Shown: in pieces, positions 24,751 to 37,840 of the stretch
Numbering within the stretch: position 1 is the stretch's first letter
How the letters are laid out: the number at the start of each line of letters is the position of its first letter
Assembly (NCBI RefSeq): GCF_036971445.1
Contig: NC_091471.1
Span: 164,238,001 to 164,302,000 of the forward strand
Length of the DNA: 64,000 bases
Direction: 5' to 3'
Origin: Narcine bancroftii
Taxonomy: Eukaryota
The notes under the pieces: generated by a model
Told to the model about the DNA's origin: nothing
Seen by the model: only the letters and a program-made list of their open reading frames with translations
The model's database searches: none
Position numbers and translations under genes: made by a program

Positions 24751-25139
24751 TGCTGACAGTCTACTTTCATTATCACTTTTCTTAATTTCCTTCATTGCAG
24801 TCCTGTTTCCATCTCACCCTATTCTCTGCAGCTTTACATTCATAATCTACCTTCATCGTTTCACTCACCAGACTCTACTTCCCCTCACATATGAAAGGCC
24901 TACTGACTCATCCAAGTTCACCCAGAGTGTTCCTCACAGCATATAGCTGAAGACCGAATTTTCTGTCCAACTTTTACCTTTTCGGCATGTTAGCCATTCT
25001 TCATCCCAACTTTATCCTCAAGTTACCTTGTAGTTATTTGATTCTCGTGGTTTTCAATGTTTCAAATTTTCTTGATTTATCTCATTCTATCATGGGTGGC
25101 TTTCAAATTACTGAGGGAGTCAAAGTTTGTGTCAACTGT

Positions 25140-25400
25140 ATCATAGAAATGTAGAAAATCAATTCAGGAGAAGACCAATCAGCCCTATGAGATTGAACCA
25201 CCATTCAATACGATCATGTATCCTATTGCTGCTTTTTCTCCATTCATTTTGATCCCTATATCTGACAAATTGACATCCACAATGTTCTGCGGCAGGGAGT
25301 TCCTCAAGTTCAGAACTCTCTGAGGAAAGAAGTTTCTCCTCATCTTGGTCTCAAATGGCTTACCCTTCATTCTTAGACTGTAACCCCTTGTCCTATAACA
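25140..25400 (-). mobile_element. CR1 3' fragment
   Basis: RTRGYSLRMKGKPFETKMRRNFFPQRVLNLRNSLPQ. Confidence 0.8.
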
Positions 25401-25669
25401 CATGGCTCCATTCAACATCTGTATCAATGCCCAATCAATGCAAGGATCCTTCAGTGCTCTTGAAGGTCTGACAGTTACAATGATCCTTTGTGTCCCACCA
25501 TGCCCCATGGCCCATGCAAAGATGGAAGCAATAATGTCCACGGGTGATATTGTTGAGCTTCTGTGATGCCATCGTTTGCTGGGCTCAACTGAGTTTTACT
25601 CTTTGTTATTAAGTTGTTACCCTGTGACCTTTTGCTTATCATCCAAATGTATCCACTGAATGGGGAGGG

Positions 25670-25855
25670 TAGCAGTTAGCATAATGCTATTACAGTGATG
25701 TGGGTTGGAATCCAGTGCTGTCTGTAAGGAGTTTGTATGTTCTCCCCATATCTGCATGGATTTTCTCTGAGTGCTTCTCAGAGTTTTTAGGTTAATTCAT
25801 GTATTTAGGTGGTAGGGGCTCCTGGGCTGCAACGGCCTATTTTTTTGCTCTACCT
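25670..25855 (+). mobile_element. V-SINE
   Basis: gttagcataatgctattacag...gggttggaatccagtgctgtctgtaaggagtttgtatgttctcccc. Confidence 0.75.
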
Positions 25856-26439
25856 ACAAATTAAATTACAAGTTAAATGAAACAGCAAGCGTTTACTTTG
25901 CAGGGTGCACCCAGATGGTGGTGTTTCACATAAGAATTAAAAGGAAGTCTACCCTTCCATTTAGAAAGGTCATGGTTAATCTTTTACCTATTTTCCTACA
26001 CTAAATCATATCCCCTGATCTCTCCGGCCAGTGGCAGTACTGCTGTTACAGCAGCTCCAGCATTGCCACCATTTTTTTTGCCAGCTTTCCAGTTGCTTTT
26101 CCGGAAACCATATGCTATTTTCACCTCTTACTAATGAAACAAACTTTATAGGATGCTGAGTGTCTGGACATGTGCCAAAAACACCATTCCAAAAAATCAT
26201 TCACAAGATGGTGAAGAGGTTAAATCCAGAAACTAGAGTTGGATGCATCATTTAATCCTTGTTATGAGATTTTAGCCATCTAGGCATATCCATTGATATG
26301 ATTTAAAGTGGCAAGCTCTGCCTATCATGTGAGACACAAGGGAGGATCAAAAGAATTAACACACTCTTCATCCTTATGTATAGCACTTAGTCCTGATATT
26401 TTCCCAGATGGTCCCTACCTGACATTTCTAACGTGAACT

Positions 26440-26714
26440 ATTCACCAAGTTTCTCAAACACCAGATGAGCCCCACCTTTCCACTATTATGTCCACCAAGA
26501 AAATAAAGCACACAAGACAGGAGGAATGCATTGGCCTCTCATTGTTTAGCTATGTTTCCATCAAAAGTAAAACCAATTGTCTTGTCATTATTGCTAGTTG
26601 TGAGAGTTTCCAGTGCATAAATTGATCTTTCTGATTTCATCGCAGTTGAATGTATTTCTGAAATCAGTTTGCAAAAGTCTTTTGAGTATTCTAAAGTCAT
26701 AAAGGGGCTATTTA
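26440..26714 (+). mobile_element. Deu-domain SINE (SacSINE1/AmnSINE1-like), degraded
   Basis: ttgtcattattgctagttgtgagagtttccagtgcataaattg...aagtcttttgagtattctaaagtcataaaggggctattt resembles the Deu core and tail. Confidence 0.5.
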
Positions 26715-27185
26715 ACATAGTACATAGAACATTTCAATATTGTACAGGCCCTTCAACCCATGATGCTATGACTACCTATGAAAACCTACTCCACAGTAAT
26801 CTAATTTACGTCCACATACCTATGGTACCAGCCTCCACCACCACCTTCAACAATGAATTCTATTTAACCCACCATTCTCTGTGTAAAAAAAACTTATCTC
26901 TGACATCTCCCCTAAACATTCCTCCACTCACCTTAACCAGACATCCTCTGATATTGTCCATTGCCTCGTTGGGAAAAAAAGCAGCAATGGACAAATGTAG
27001 CTGTCCACTGTATCTAAGCCACTCATAATCTTTATACACTTTACTGAGTCACCTCTCCTCTTTCGGCGCTCCAAAGAGAAAAGCCCTAGCTCTGACAACC
27101 TTGCTTCATAAGATATGTTCTCCAATGTAGGCAACGTCCTAGTAAATATTTTCTGCACCCTATCTAAAGCATCCCTCTCCTTCTA
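26715..27185 (-). mobile_element. CR1 3' fragment
   Basis: QKIFTRTLPTLENISYEARLSELGLFSLERRKRRGD; catagaaca tail. Confidence 0.85.
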
Positions 27186-28039
27186 ATGCATTTGTTTTCT
27201 TTGACTGCCTTCATTTTTCTTCTTTCTTAAAAAAAACTATCTTTAATACCTAGCCCTCCAGACAAGCTTTTCAATCCTCTCCTAATGTTTCCCTTGCAGA
27301 CCAATACTAATTTTATCTGATTATAAAAACATCCAGCCTCTACATCAATGCAAATGGTTATCCTGAAGCTGCTACCAAAGGTGAGAGTGTCCATATGTAA
27401 TGAGCAGTTTTAAAGTTTAGATATTATTAAAAATCTGGCACACACTACTGACAATGTAGGCCATTTAATATTTGCAGCTAGTTACTACAAATTAATTACC
27501 GGCACATTGGCAAGTCAAAAAAGCAAGGCCTAACTTATTTAACAATATTAATGCTACACAAACATAAATGTTCTAATCTGCAATACCAATATGACTTTAA
27601 TTTGGACCCAAATGTAAAAAACAGAAAGTTGAATTATTACATAATGAAGTTTAGTACAAGCTAAAATTCTATAAAAGTTAATACTTCATCAAAACATTGG
27701 CATTTGCCCACACAAAGTGATTTGCAATCTGTGGCATTCCTCAGATACATTGTTGAAACCTTTGGTTAAAAGCATATTCTATAATCATTTTTGTTGAGGC
27801 TTATACGAAATGATAGTTGCTGTCAGTTGCAAGTATTACACAATTTGAATTTTGTGGCTTTGTGGGTGGATAAAATGTTCTGTGAATTAAAACACATAAT
27901 TTCTGAAGAGATCATTATTGAACAGCACAGAATGCACTCTTCAGTCCACCGAATTTCCATTAACTATCAAGCACCCACTTACACTAATCTTACACAGACC
28001 CATTTTTACATTCCACATATTCTCACTAACTCCAGCCAG

Positions 28040-28230
28040 ATTCAACCACTCGTGTAGATTCAAGCAATTTAAAATTGCCACAACCTACAAACTGCATGTC
28101 ATTGGAACATGGGAGGAAACTGAAGCACCCCGAGGAAATGCAGAGGAAGATGCAAACTCCACACAGACAGCAGCAGAGGTCAGGATTGAACCTGGCTTGT
28201 CGGAGTTGTGAGGTATCAGATGTGCCATCC
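28040..28230 (-). mobile_element. V-SINE
   Basis: gggaggaaactgaagcaccccgaggaaatg...tgcaaactccacacagacagc...ggattgaacctgg. Confidence 0.75.
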
Positions 28231-28424
28231 ATCACATTATAGAAGCTGGGATTGTGAGAGGGCAGACAGGCAATAGCAGATGTAATAAATGTTCAAAATT
28301 CCCATAGAGCTCAATGGAAGCAATGGGAGGAAATGGTTCTACAGAAAGAAGTTTGACTATAGGATACAGGAAGAGGGCAGATGAGAGGAATGTTTTTAAT
28401 GCGGTGATGTAATTTTTAAAAATG

Positions 28425-28640
28425 TAATTTGGAGGTAACACACCCTTCTCAGCCCAAGAGGACAGGCCACTCAAATACACCCACATGACCAATTAACCTA
28501 TCAACACTGCTCATCTTTGGAAATCCACTCAGACACGGGGAGAATGTACAAACTCCTTGTAGACAGTGCTGGATTTGAACCCATAGTTGCAGGCGCTGTA
28601 ATAGTGTTGTGCTATTTGCTACACTAGCAGTGCCACCCAA
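28425..28640 (-). mobile_element. V-SINE
   Basis: cagacacggggagaatgtacaaactccttgtagacagtgctggatttgaaccc...gcgctgtaatag. Confidence 0.8.
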
Positions 28641-29414
28641 TCTGGAGAGCATTGCCTACAAGATGGAGTAAAAACAATTGAAAAGGACTGATTTACATTC
28701 TTGAGGAAATTTGTCTCTGAGAAGAGTGGGGAAAAGATCTAATTCAGTGCAACCTACTACAATACAATGGGTTTACATGGTATAAGAATGAATTAGGCAC
28801 CTTAATTGATAGCAGTTAAAATACCAGAAACATTATAAAAAAGATTAATCTTTTACTTGTTGTTGGTTAACTTGTGGATTTCTGTGAATTTTTAATTCAA
28901 ACTGATTCTGGGAAAAACAGAAGAATTGTGCCATCTACATGGACAACGCATAAAACTAAGCATTTTATTTTAATTCTGCACACATAACAATACACTGAAC
29001 TGACTAAATTGTTCAAATCAGAATATGTGAGAAACCAGAAGATGGACCAACATGAGGTATGAGCTCTTTTATATCAATTTGAGAGGATTCAACAGTCCTC
29101 GGCTTGACAAAATTTGTGAATAGATGAAATCTCCCAACAGTACAGAACTCCCTTGAGAGATGAGAAGGGTATGTTATGGGCTTGAGAGTGGGTTTCTGTA
29201 TTCAGAGACTACAGAAGGAGACAAAGCTGAAATGACAGAGTCTGTACCCTTGCCTCCTGCGCAATATCACACAACCCTCTCCCACCCATCACCTCTGTAC
29301 CTCAGTGGTGTGGCTGTGGGTCTTCTGTTCATGTGCAGATGAATCTTGACCAAATACCAGCAACAAGGAGTCAATGTGAAACTTAACCAGGGTGGGCTCA
29401 AGAAAAACCAGGCG

Positions 29415-29600
29415 GCACTGTTAGCATGGCTGTTATGCCATCGCGGTTGGTGTAATGCTATTACAGTGCATGTGACTGGAGTTTGAATCCAGTCTGTAAG
29501 GAGTTTGCATGTTCTCGTAGACCATGTGGGTTTATTCCCATATTCCAAAGACACACAGGTTTAGGGGGTTAATTGTTCACATGGCTGTAATTGAGTGGCA
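29415..29600 (+). mobile_element. V-SINE
   Basis: gcggttggtgtaatgctattacag...ggagtttgaatcc...ctgtaaggagtttgcatgttctc. Confidence 0.75.
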
Positions 29601-30394
29601 ATATCAGTGATGCCACTGTTCCAGTCCAACGTTTAAGTTGCTTTCACTCCAAGAGAAGTTCGCATCAATGTCGAAATTCCTCACCATTCTTTCTTGTGGA
29701 ACCAAGCAGCTGAGAATTCACAAAAACATCCCACATTAATAAATAACTACACTTCAAAGGAGCTGAACATAAACAGTAATTATATCCCTCAGATTCTACC
29801 ATGTGCTTCTGTTGACACTCATTCAATTATGTTCTCCTTTCAAAGCCACAATTTCTAAGCTTTACAAGGATCATGTTGGGTTACCTTGGTTAATTCTCTA
29901 CTTTCCTGAATAAATACATCAAGGGCTTTTTACAGCTACCTCTAAAAGCATCATCTTGGATGGGTTAGTCGCAAAAGGCAACAGATATTGCTGCTTCAAC
30001 AGCCTCAGAGGATTCAGCATTGTTTTGCATACTCATTCATTCCTGTCAAGTGTGAGTTGGCAAGTCTGTGTTGTTGCATTGATTTGAGGTGGATTTTAAA
30101 TACATCACCAGAGTTCTTCATTGGCACAGACTGATCAACATTCAGGCAGTTGGTCATTAAAAACTATTACTGTATAACTGCAACACTTGCAATCAATATC
30201 ATAATAAAAATGACCTTTTCCCACAAAGCAAACTGACTGAAATTAGATTTTCATTAGTGGAGCAAAAACTCAGGGACAAAATTTATTCCCTTCAATTGTG
30301 TCCAATCCTTAAGGGACAATTCTTATTTCATATGTTCATTATAGCCAAGTTATTCTGTTTTCTTGCCAAAGTTGTGAGTTTTCTGACAGTTAAT

Positions 30395-31100
30395 CATAGA
30401 ACACAGAGCTCTACAGCACAGTTCAGCCCTTTTGGCCCTTGATGTTGTGCCGATCCATATGATCCTTTAAAAAAAACCCACCCTACCTCATAGCCCGCTA
30501 TTTTTCTTCCATCCATGTACCTGTCTAAGAGTCTCTTAAATTTTCCTAATGTTTCCAAGGCATTCCAGACACCCATAACTCTGTAAAAAAAAATCCCTGA
30601 TGTCTCCCCTAAACTTTCCTCCCTTCACTTGTACTCATGCTTTCTGGTGTTTGCTATTCTTACCCTAGGAAAAAAAAAGACACTGGCTGTCCACCAATCT
30701 AGGCCTCTCATAATCTTGTAGACCTCTATTAAGTCTCTTCTCATACTTCTCTGCTCCAAATAGAAAATTCCCAGCTCTGCTAATCTTGCTTCATAAGACT
30801 TATTTTCCAATCCAGGAAACATCCTGGTAAATCTCCTCTACACCATCTCCATAGCTTCCATCCTTCCTATAATGAGGTGATCAGAATTGAACACAATGTG
30901 GTAAGTGTGGTCTCACCAGAGAGCTGTACAGTTGCAACATGACCTCTCAACTCTTGAACTCAGTCCCCCTATTAATGAAGCCCAACATTTCACAGGCCTT
31001 CTTATCTATCCTATCAACTTGCACGGCAACCTTGAGGGATGTATGGATTTGAACCCCCACGTCCCTCAGTTCACACGCACTCTTAAGTTATCCACGCTCA
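30395..31100 (-). mobile_element. CR1 3' fragment
   Basis: MFPGLENKSYEARLAELGIFYLEQRSMRRDLIEVYKIMRG; catagaac tail. Confidence 0.88.
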
Positions 31101-31909
31101 TAAGTTATCAAAGGGGAATGGACTGGATCTATGATGTCAGCAGGCAGAAGAGTCAACATCATTTTGCCATTGAATTGCAGAGGTGTGGAAATACAAATGA
31201 ACATCAGGTCCTGGAAATCTAAAATACTATGGTGATTTACAGTATCATTGTAGAAATACTTTATATACATGCATGGGCTGAAGCAAGAATTTTAGTGCTT
31301 CTGTACATGGTACATATGTAATATTTGTATATGGCAATAAACTCATAAATTTATACTTGAAAATGCTGTGAGTCTTCAGCAGGTCTCTCAGTATCTTTGA
31401 ATGAGAACTGAAGTTAACATAACCCCTTTTGATTAAGAGTCTTGGACCTTTTTTTCATTGTGACTCTAATATTCTGCAATTATACTCTTGTTCTTCTACA
31501 CTGCACAGCTGTACCATACTAGATATTGACCCTATTAGACTGCTTTTCTCACGACGCCAGGAAAATCTTGATTCATAAAATGTAACTTAAAGCTTAGATC
31601 TGTTTCTTGTTCCCTTAATGTTGATGAATCTGCTGAATATTTCCATCATTCACAATTTAGGGGTTTCAATTCTCTCCCAGCTCAAAAAACCTGAAAAAGT
31701 AGAATGGAGGAAGGGGCTGCATGGTCGAATGTCATGTGTAAGATGATGTCTTAACTTGGGATTCTCATCTGTTCTTATGGTGTATGATGTGGTGCTGTGT
31801 CAAGGAATGACAGGGAGACAATCATTGGGAATACGGTGGGACTGATAGCCTGAAGCATATTTATTTCAAAGGAAGGAGTGTTATAGGCAAGGAAGATAAA
31901 CTCAGAACC

Positions 31910-32975
31910 TCCATTAGTGCATAAAACTATGGTGTTGTCAGCCAGAGAATTGGTTGAGAAAGGATGGATTTGAGGGTGGAGTTCATGGTTAATGGCAGAA
32001 TTCTTAACAGAGTGGAAGAACAGCAGGACCTTGAGGTCCAAATTCATAGATCTATCAAGGTTGCCGCACAAGTTGTTGGGTAGCTAAGGTTTATGGTGTG
32101 CTGGTCTTTATTAGTTGGGGGATTGAGCTCAAGAGTCAAGAGGTAATATTGCAGCTCTGCTTAGATCACACTTGGAATATTGTGTTCATTTCTGGTCGTT
32201 TCATTGCAGGAAGCATTTGGAAGCTTTGGAGAGGGTGCAGGGATATTTACCAGGATGTTGCATGGTTTGGAGAATGTGTCTTATGAGGCAAAGTCAACAG
32301 AGCTAGAGCTTTTCTCTTTTGAGCAAAGAAGGATAAGAGGTAACAATAGAGGATTACAAAATTATGGGAATAGGCAACTGTTTTTTTTTTCCAGGGCAAC
32401 AGAAGAAAATGCTAGAAGACTTTCGTTTAAGATGAGGGGAGGAAAATCTGGGGGAGATGTCAGTGGTACTGGAGTACTAGATTCCTGGAATGCATTGCCA
32501 GAGATGATGGTGGAGACAAGTACAATAGGGACATTTAAATTATGCTAAGACAGGCACATGAATGAAAAGAAATAGAGAGTTATGAGTGTGAGGCCGAGAA
32601 GGAATAGATTGTTGAGTAGATTGATAATTGGTCAGCTCAATATTGTGGCCAAAAAGCCTGATACCTGTTGCAATGTCCTATGTTCTAAAGAGCAGGACTG
32701 GCAGCTCATCTTTCCAGGAATTAGATGATTGCTCCCTGATGGAGGGAAATGTGAATGTTGGGAGAGCTGGTTGACTGATCAGGAAGAATGTAACACTTAG
32801 AGAGGACATCCTGGAGGAGACATCTGTAAGGCCATATAAGTAGAACCCAGGAATAAGAAATATTCAATCACTGTAGATCCTTTGACAGCCAGTGGGAAAC
32901 TGAGGAATTGAATGAGCAGATTATGGCAAGATATGAAAGCTAAAGGTTTTTGTAGTGAGTGACTTTAATTTCCCC
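31910..32975 (+). mobile_element. CR1 3' fragment (31910-32690) followed by a CR1 endonuclease-region fragment (32690-32975)
   Basis: FTRMLHGLENVSYEAKSTELELFSFEQRRIRG...WNALPE; ctatgttcta tail; then gactggcagctc...gtgactttaatttcccc (DFNFP). Confidence 0.8.
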
Positions 32976-32984
32976 AAAGGAACT

Positions 32985-34872
32985 TCCAGAGGGTTCGAAG
33001 CAGAGGAGTGTCTGCAGGTCTGCTTTGAATCAACAGACTGGAATATATTCATCCTTAGACTTGAATGTATATGCAACAGGTGCCACCGACTTCATCAAGA
33101 CCAGAGTGGATGCACACATACCGTGTGTTCCCCAAACAGAAGCCTTGGATGAATCACAACCTGCTGAGGGCGAGATCAAGGGTGTTTAAGGCCAGGGATC
33201 CAGATCTCTACAAGAAGTCCAGCTACGACCTGTAAAAGGCTATCTCTGCAACAAAATGGCAATTCTGGAGGAAGCTACAAACAAAGACAGGTACACACCA
33301 GCTGTTGCAGGGAGTGCAGGCCACTACAGCCGACCAAGCAAGGGCAAAGATGGCTGTTACCTGATGAACTGAGCTCCTTCTATGCCTTCAAGAATCTTTG
33401 CAAAGGCTAAGAATCCAGTGATATCTGTCTCTGAGGCCAACATCAGAACATCATTCAAGGGTGTGAACCCTCACAAGATGTCAGGCCCTGATGGCATATC
33501 TGCCAGGATACGGAAAATCTGTGCAATCCAACTAACCGAATGTTCATGGACAATTTCAATTTCTTATTGCTGCAGTCAGAGGTTCCCACCTGCATCCAAA
33601 GGGCATCAGTCATCCTGGTGCCCAAGAAAGAGCAGAGTGAGCTGCCTCAACTCAGTAGCACCAACATCTACTAATAATGAAATGCTTTGAGTGGTTGGTC
33701 ATGACCAGAATTAACATGTAACGGTGTGGACCCACTTCAATTTTCCTATCATCTCAATCGCTCCACAGCAGACACAATATCACTCGTTCTCCACTCAACT
33801 CTAAATCACCATGAAATCAGCAAACTCATACAAATGGCTGCTCTTCATTGACTCCAGCTCAGCCTTTAACAGTATTATTCCCTCAGTGCTGGTCAACAGC
33901 TCCAAATCTTGGGCCTCTGCACCCCCCTCTGCAACTTGATCCTTAACTTCCTCATCAGAATACTATAGTCAGTATGAATTGGAAACAATGTCTCCTCCTT
34001 ACTAACTATCGACACAGGCACACTTCAAGGATGTGCGCTTCGCCCACTGCTCCACTCTCTGAAGACCAGGGACTACCTACAAGTTTGCTGATGACACCAC
34101 AGTTGTTGGCAGAATCACAAACGGCAATGAGGAAGTGTACAGGAAGGAGATGCATCAGCTTGTTGAGTGGTGTCACACAAACAACCTTGCTCTCAACGTT
34201 AGCAAAACCAAGATGATGATTGTGGACTTCAGGAGGATGTCAGGGAACACAACCCAGTCCTCATCGAGGGCTCAGTAGTGGAGATGATAAAGAACTTCAA
34301 ATTCCTGGGTGTCAACATCTCTGAGAATCTGCCCCGGAGCTTCTATGTTGATAAAATCACAAAGAAAGCTTGCCTGCGGCTATACTTTGTGAGGTGTTTG
34401 AGGAGATTTGATATGTCACTGAGGAGTCCAGGTGTGCCTTGGAAAGCATTCTGGCTGTTTGCATCAGTGTCTGGGTTGGAGGGGCCAATGGTCAGGCCAA
34501 AAAAAAACTTCAGAGGGTTGTTAATTCGGCCTGCGGCACCAGACTTCACACCATTGAGGACATCTACAAGAGGAGGTATCTTAAAAAAGCAATCTCTATC
34601 CTCAAGGAGCCCCACCACCCAGGCCATGCCCTCTTCACTCTGCTATTGTCGGGTAAAAAAAACATACAGCAACCTGAAGATGAACATTCAGTGGCATAAG
34701 AACAGCTTCTTCCCCACTGCCATCAGATTCGTGAATGATTAATGAGCCAAAGACACTGCCTTACTTTGATTTTTCGTGCACATTTTTTATAAGGTGGTTT
34801 ATACAAATGTTTGCACTGCTGCAAAAGTATGAATTTCATGGCTTGTTGATGTCAATAACTTCTGATTCTGAG
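32985..34872 (+). mobile_element. Rex1/Babar LINE, decayed
   Basis: LQVCFESTDW; VNPHKMSGPDGI; KFADDT; FKFLGVNISENL; KEPHHPGHALFTLL; NSFFPTAIR; (ttctga) tail. Confidence 0.92.
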
Positions 34873-35039
34873 ATGGGACAGAATTTGTTAGATGCATCCA
34901 GTAGGTCAGTAGTCTACTAAGGGAAAAAACAGCCGTACCAGATTTTGTATTGGATGTTTTAAACAAAATTATTTGTATCCAAATATATCTGGGCTGATGC
35001 ATATAACTGGGTTGATGGAATTGTGAAAAGTGAGGAAGG

Positions 35040-36085
35040 CTGTCAAAGTTTGTCAAAGGAAAACTGGACAGGAAAATGGTAGTTGGAACATGGACAAATG
35101 TTATTGCATTTTTGCAGGTCAAATATCAGAGCGAAGTATACAGAGAACATGATGATCCTTGGAGCACTGATGTACTAGAGCAGTGGTTTTTGAACTGCCT
35201 CCCTAAACTCACATTCCACCTTAAGCAAACCCTATGCTGGGTACTCTGTGATTAGTAAGGGGTTGCTTAAGGTGGTACGTGGGTGGACAGAAAAAGTTTG
35301 AAAACCACTGTTTTAATTGTACCTAATTGACTTGTTAAGTGCACGGTTTCATAACTCCAAAGGAAATGGGCCAATGACAATTTTTCTCAAGCAAAATATT
35401 TCCATAACAATTGGGTCTACAATTGTTTCTCAACCTTCTACCTTAACTACTTTAAGCAACCCCTTACTAATCACAAAGCACCCATGGCATAGGGATTACT
35501 TAAGGTGGAATGTTTAGCAGGGAAGTTTGAAAACCACTGTACTAGAGAGATCCTGAGGTTAGTTTCATTACTCGCTGAGGGTAGTAACACAAGTGGAGAG
35601 GATGGTAAAGAAGGGATGGGTATTGAGGACAAAAAAAATTGGAAAGTCATGTTGCTGTTGTATAAAACTGGATAGATCACATCTGGATAGTGTGCAATTC
35701 TGGTCACCACAGAATGATATGGAGACTTTGTAAAAGATGCACGTTATCTGGATTTGCAAGTAGTACATGGACAAACATGGATTGCTTTCTCTGGACCATC
35801 AGTAGGTGTGTGTGATATTGTCAACTTTTTTCCCCAAGGCAGAAATAGCAAATACTGCAGGGCTAAACTTTAAGGTGAGAGGGGGAAAGGTTAAAAGGGG
35901 ATGTGCAATACAATATATTTTTTTGTACAGTGGCTGGTGGATGCCTGGAATGCTCTGCCAGGCAAGTTGGTGGAAGGAGATATAATATGGCAGGGGAGAG
36001 GGTGATGGAGACCAAGTCTTGGGATTAGTTTAAATTGGCATTATAGTGGGTACAAACATTGTGGCCTGGAAGCCATGTTCTGTTC
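35040..36085 (+). mobile_element. Old CR1 3' fragment interrupted by a hAT MITE
   Basis: gttattgcatttttgcaggtcaaat...cacatctggatagtgtgcaattctggtcacc...gcctggaatgctctgccagg. Confidence 0.75.
35181..35539. mobile_element. hAT (Charlie-like) MITE copy 2, complete
   Basis: TIR CAGTGGTTTT / AAAACCACTG; perfect 8-bp TSD TACTAGAG at 35173-35180 and 35540-35547. Confidence 0.92.
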
Positions 36086-36808
36086 TGCCAATGTGCCGAT
36101 CTTTGTTTCATGAGGTCATGACCAGTATCTCTATGAAAATCAATAATTTAAAAAAGGAACATCATGATGGATTGTGCTGAAGTCTATGTGCAGTTATGTA
36201 GCAGTTTTCCCATATAGGATGTGTACAAGGTCAGATGCCATTGTTTCTGGAAACATTAATCCAAGAGACAGGATGCACTTTGCATTTGACCCTTTGGCTC
36301 TCTCCCTGTCGTGAATTGCAAAACTGATCATCGGACTAGCATGAAAAACCTTCATTATAAAGGTAAATGGAGTGAAGTGGCTTCTTTATTTTCTTTTTTA
36401 TTTGAATCAACATCAATCTTTTAATTAAAGTTAATGTATTATGCTTCAATTTATTTTAAATATTTTAGTTATTGAAATATTACTGAGCAATTTCCCAATA
36501 TCTCTGGATTAGCAGCAGCAGAAAAATGCATCCACAGAATAAACCAAAGATTATTCAGAGATAGGTTGTCTCCTATGGTGCCTTGACATCATTTGTGGAT
36601 TGAGTTCCTTTCCAGGAGAAATGCAGACTTGCAGCTTGTAGAGGTGCCAAACATGGATTGGCAAGGAAAGGGACAATACAGTCCATTAACGGGTTATTAT
36701 CACTTTGCTGGTAATGGAAACTTGCTGGTATATATTGTTTGCTGCATTTTCTCCACTGCCACATATTCCATTCATTGAAAAGGTATTATTTTCATTTCCT
36801 TTTGCTAC

Positions 36809-37252
36809 TGTTAGGTCTGCTTTGTTCATGAATGAGTGAGACAAACACCAGGCTGAGTCGAAATCAGGGTTCTTTGTTCTTTATTACCGGATTGTAACAC
36901 TTGCGACTAAACATGTTAGTCGGAGAATGCATTCTGCCGTTATCAGCAAAATGGTGATTTTTTATACCCTTGGATACATGCTTAGAACATCATCATATCA
37001 TTACTTGTCCAATGACTAAAACTGTTGCTATCCTTTCCCTGCTAGCTTCATGCCTCTCAATCCATCAATGTCTCTCTTATCTTGTAAGTACAAGGATGCA
37101 TTCTGTTACTCCTTAGTACTGGGTGACTCCTTCTCCGGTCCCATCTCATGATGTTTTACCTAACAGGAGTACAAGGACACCTCCCCTTCTTGTTACTGCC
37201 CTGTACAGGGTAACTCCCTACACATTCCCATCTCATGATGTTTTACCTTACA
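36809..37252 (-). mobile_element. Solo LTR (444 bp), Gypsy- or ERV-type
   Basis: TG...CA ends with inverted repeat TGTTAGG / CCTTACA; 4-bp TSD CTAC on both sides; minus-strand TATAAAA (about 36960-36966) and AATAAA (36880-36885); internal direct repeat cccatctcatgatgttttacct x2. Confidence 0.88.
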
Positions 37253-37499
37253 CTACTCAGAACATTGCACAACAGATCAAGCTGTTGAAGTCTTACCTTG
37301 CACTCTCCTCACTGCTGTTAAGATATTTTAATTCATTCCTTGGAGAATAAAGAACTTTTAAAATATGGCAGACTCTGGAATCCATCAGAGAAATAGAACT
37401 CAGACAGCTGAGACCCAACCTTGAAAATCAAAGCCCAGAGAACTCTGGAATTCTGGAAACGCTCTATGGGTCAGGCAGACTCTGTCATGAGAGAACAAT

Positions 37500-37840
37500 A
37501 AGATTCAAAGAATACAGCGAAAATTTACAAATACTTTGCCAGGAGAAAACACAAGCAGGTCTTTTACACTGGACGATGTAGCTTAAGGATGAAGGGAAAC
37601 ATTTTTAAAGGAACATTCAGGAGAAACTCTTCATACAGAGTGTGGATCAAGCTGCCAGCTGAATTGGTAAATGCAGACTCAATTATGAAATTGAAGAAAA
37701 AAATCAGGACAAGAGCATAGATGGCAGAGTGGATGGATATGGTCTAGATATAGGTCAGTGGGACTAAGCAGAATAACAGTTCAGCACAGAATCAAAGGGC
37801 TGAATCGCCACTTTCTGAGCTGTTGTATTCTATGGTTCTA
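37500..37840 (+). mobile_element. CR1 3' fragment
   Basis: aaagaatacagcgaaaatttacaaatactttgccagga...aagctgccagctgaa...ttctatggttcta tail. Confidence 0.7.

Noticed and set aside
28857-28907. Minus-strand 51-nt open exon candidate (NQFELKIHRNPQVNQQQ)
   Set aside because: Weak donor (GTAAAA) and AT-rich composition; likely chance.
36218-36361. Exon-like segment TAG|gatgtg...aaag|GTAAAT
   Set aside because: Stops in all three frames and an unremarkable acceptor.
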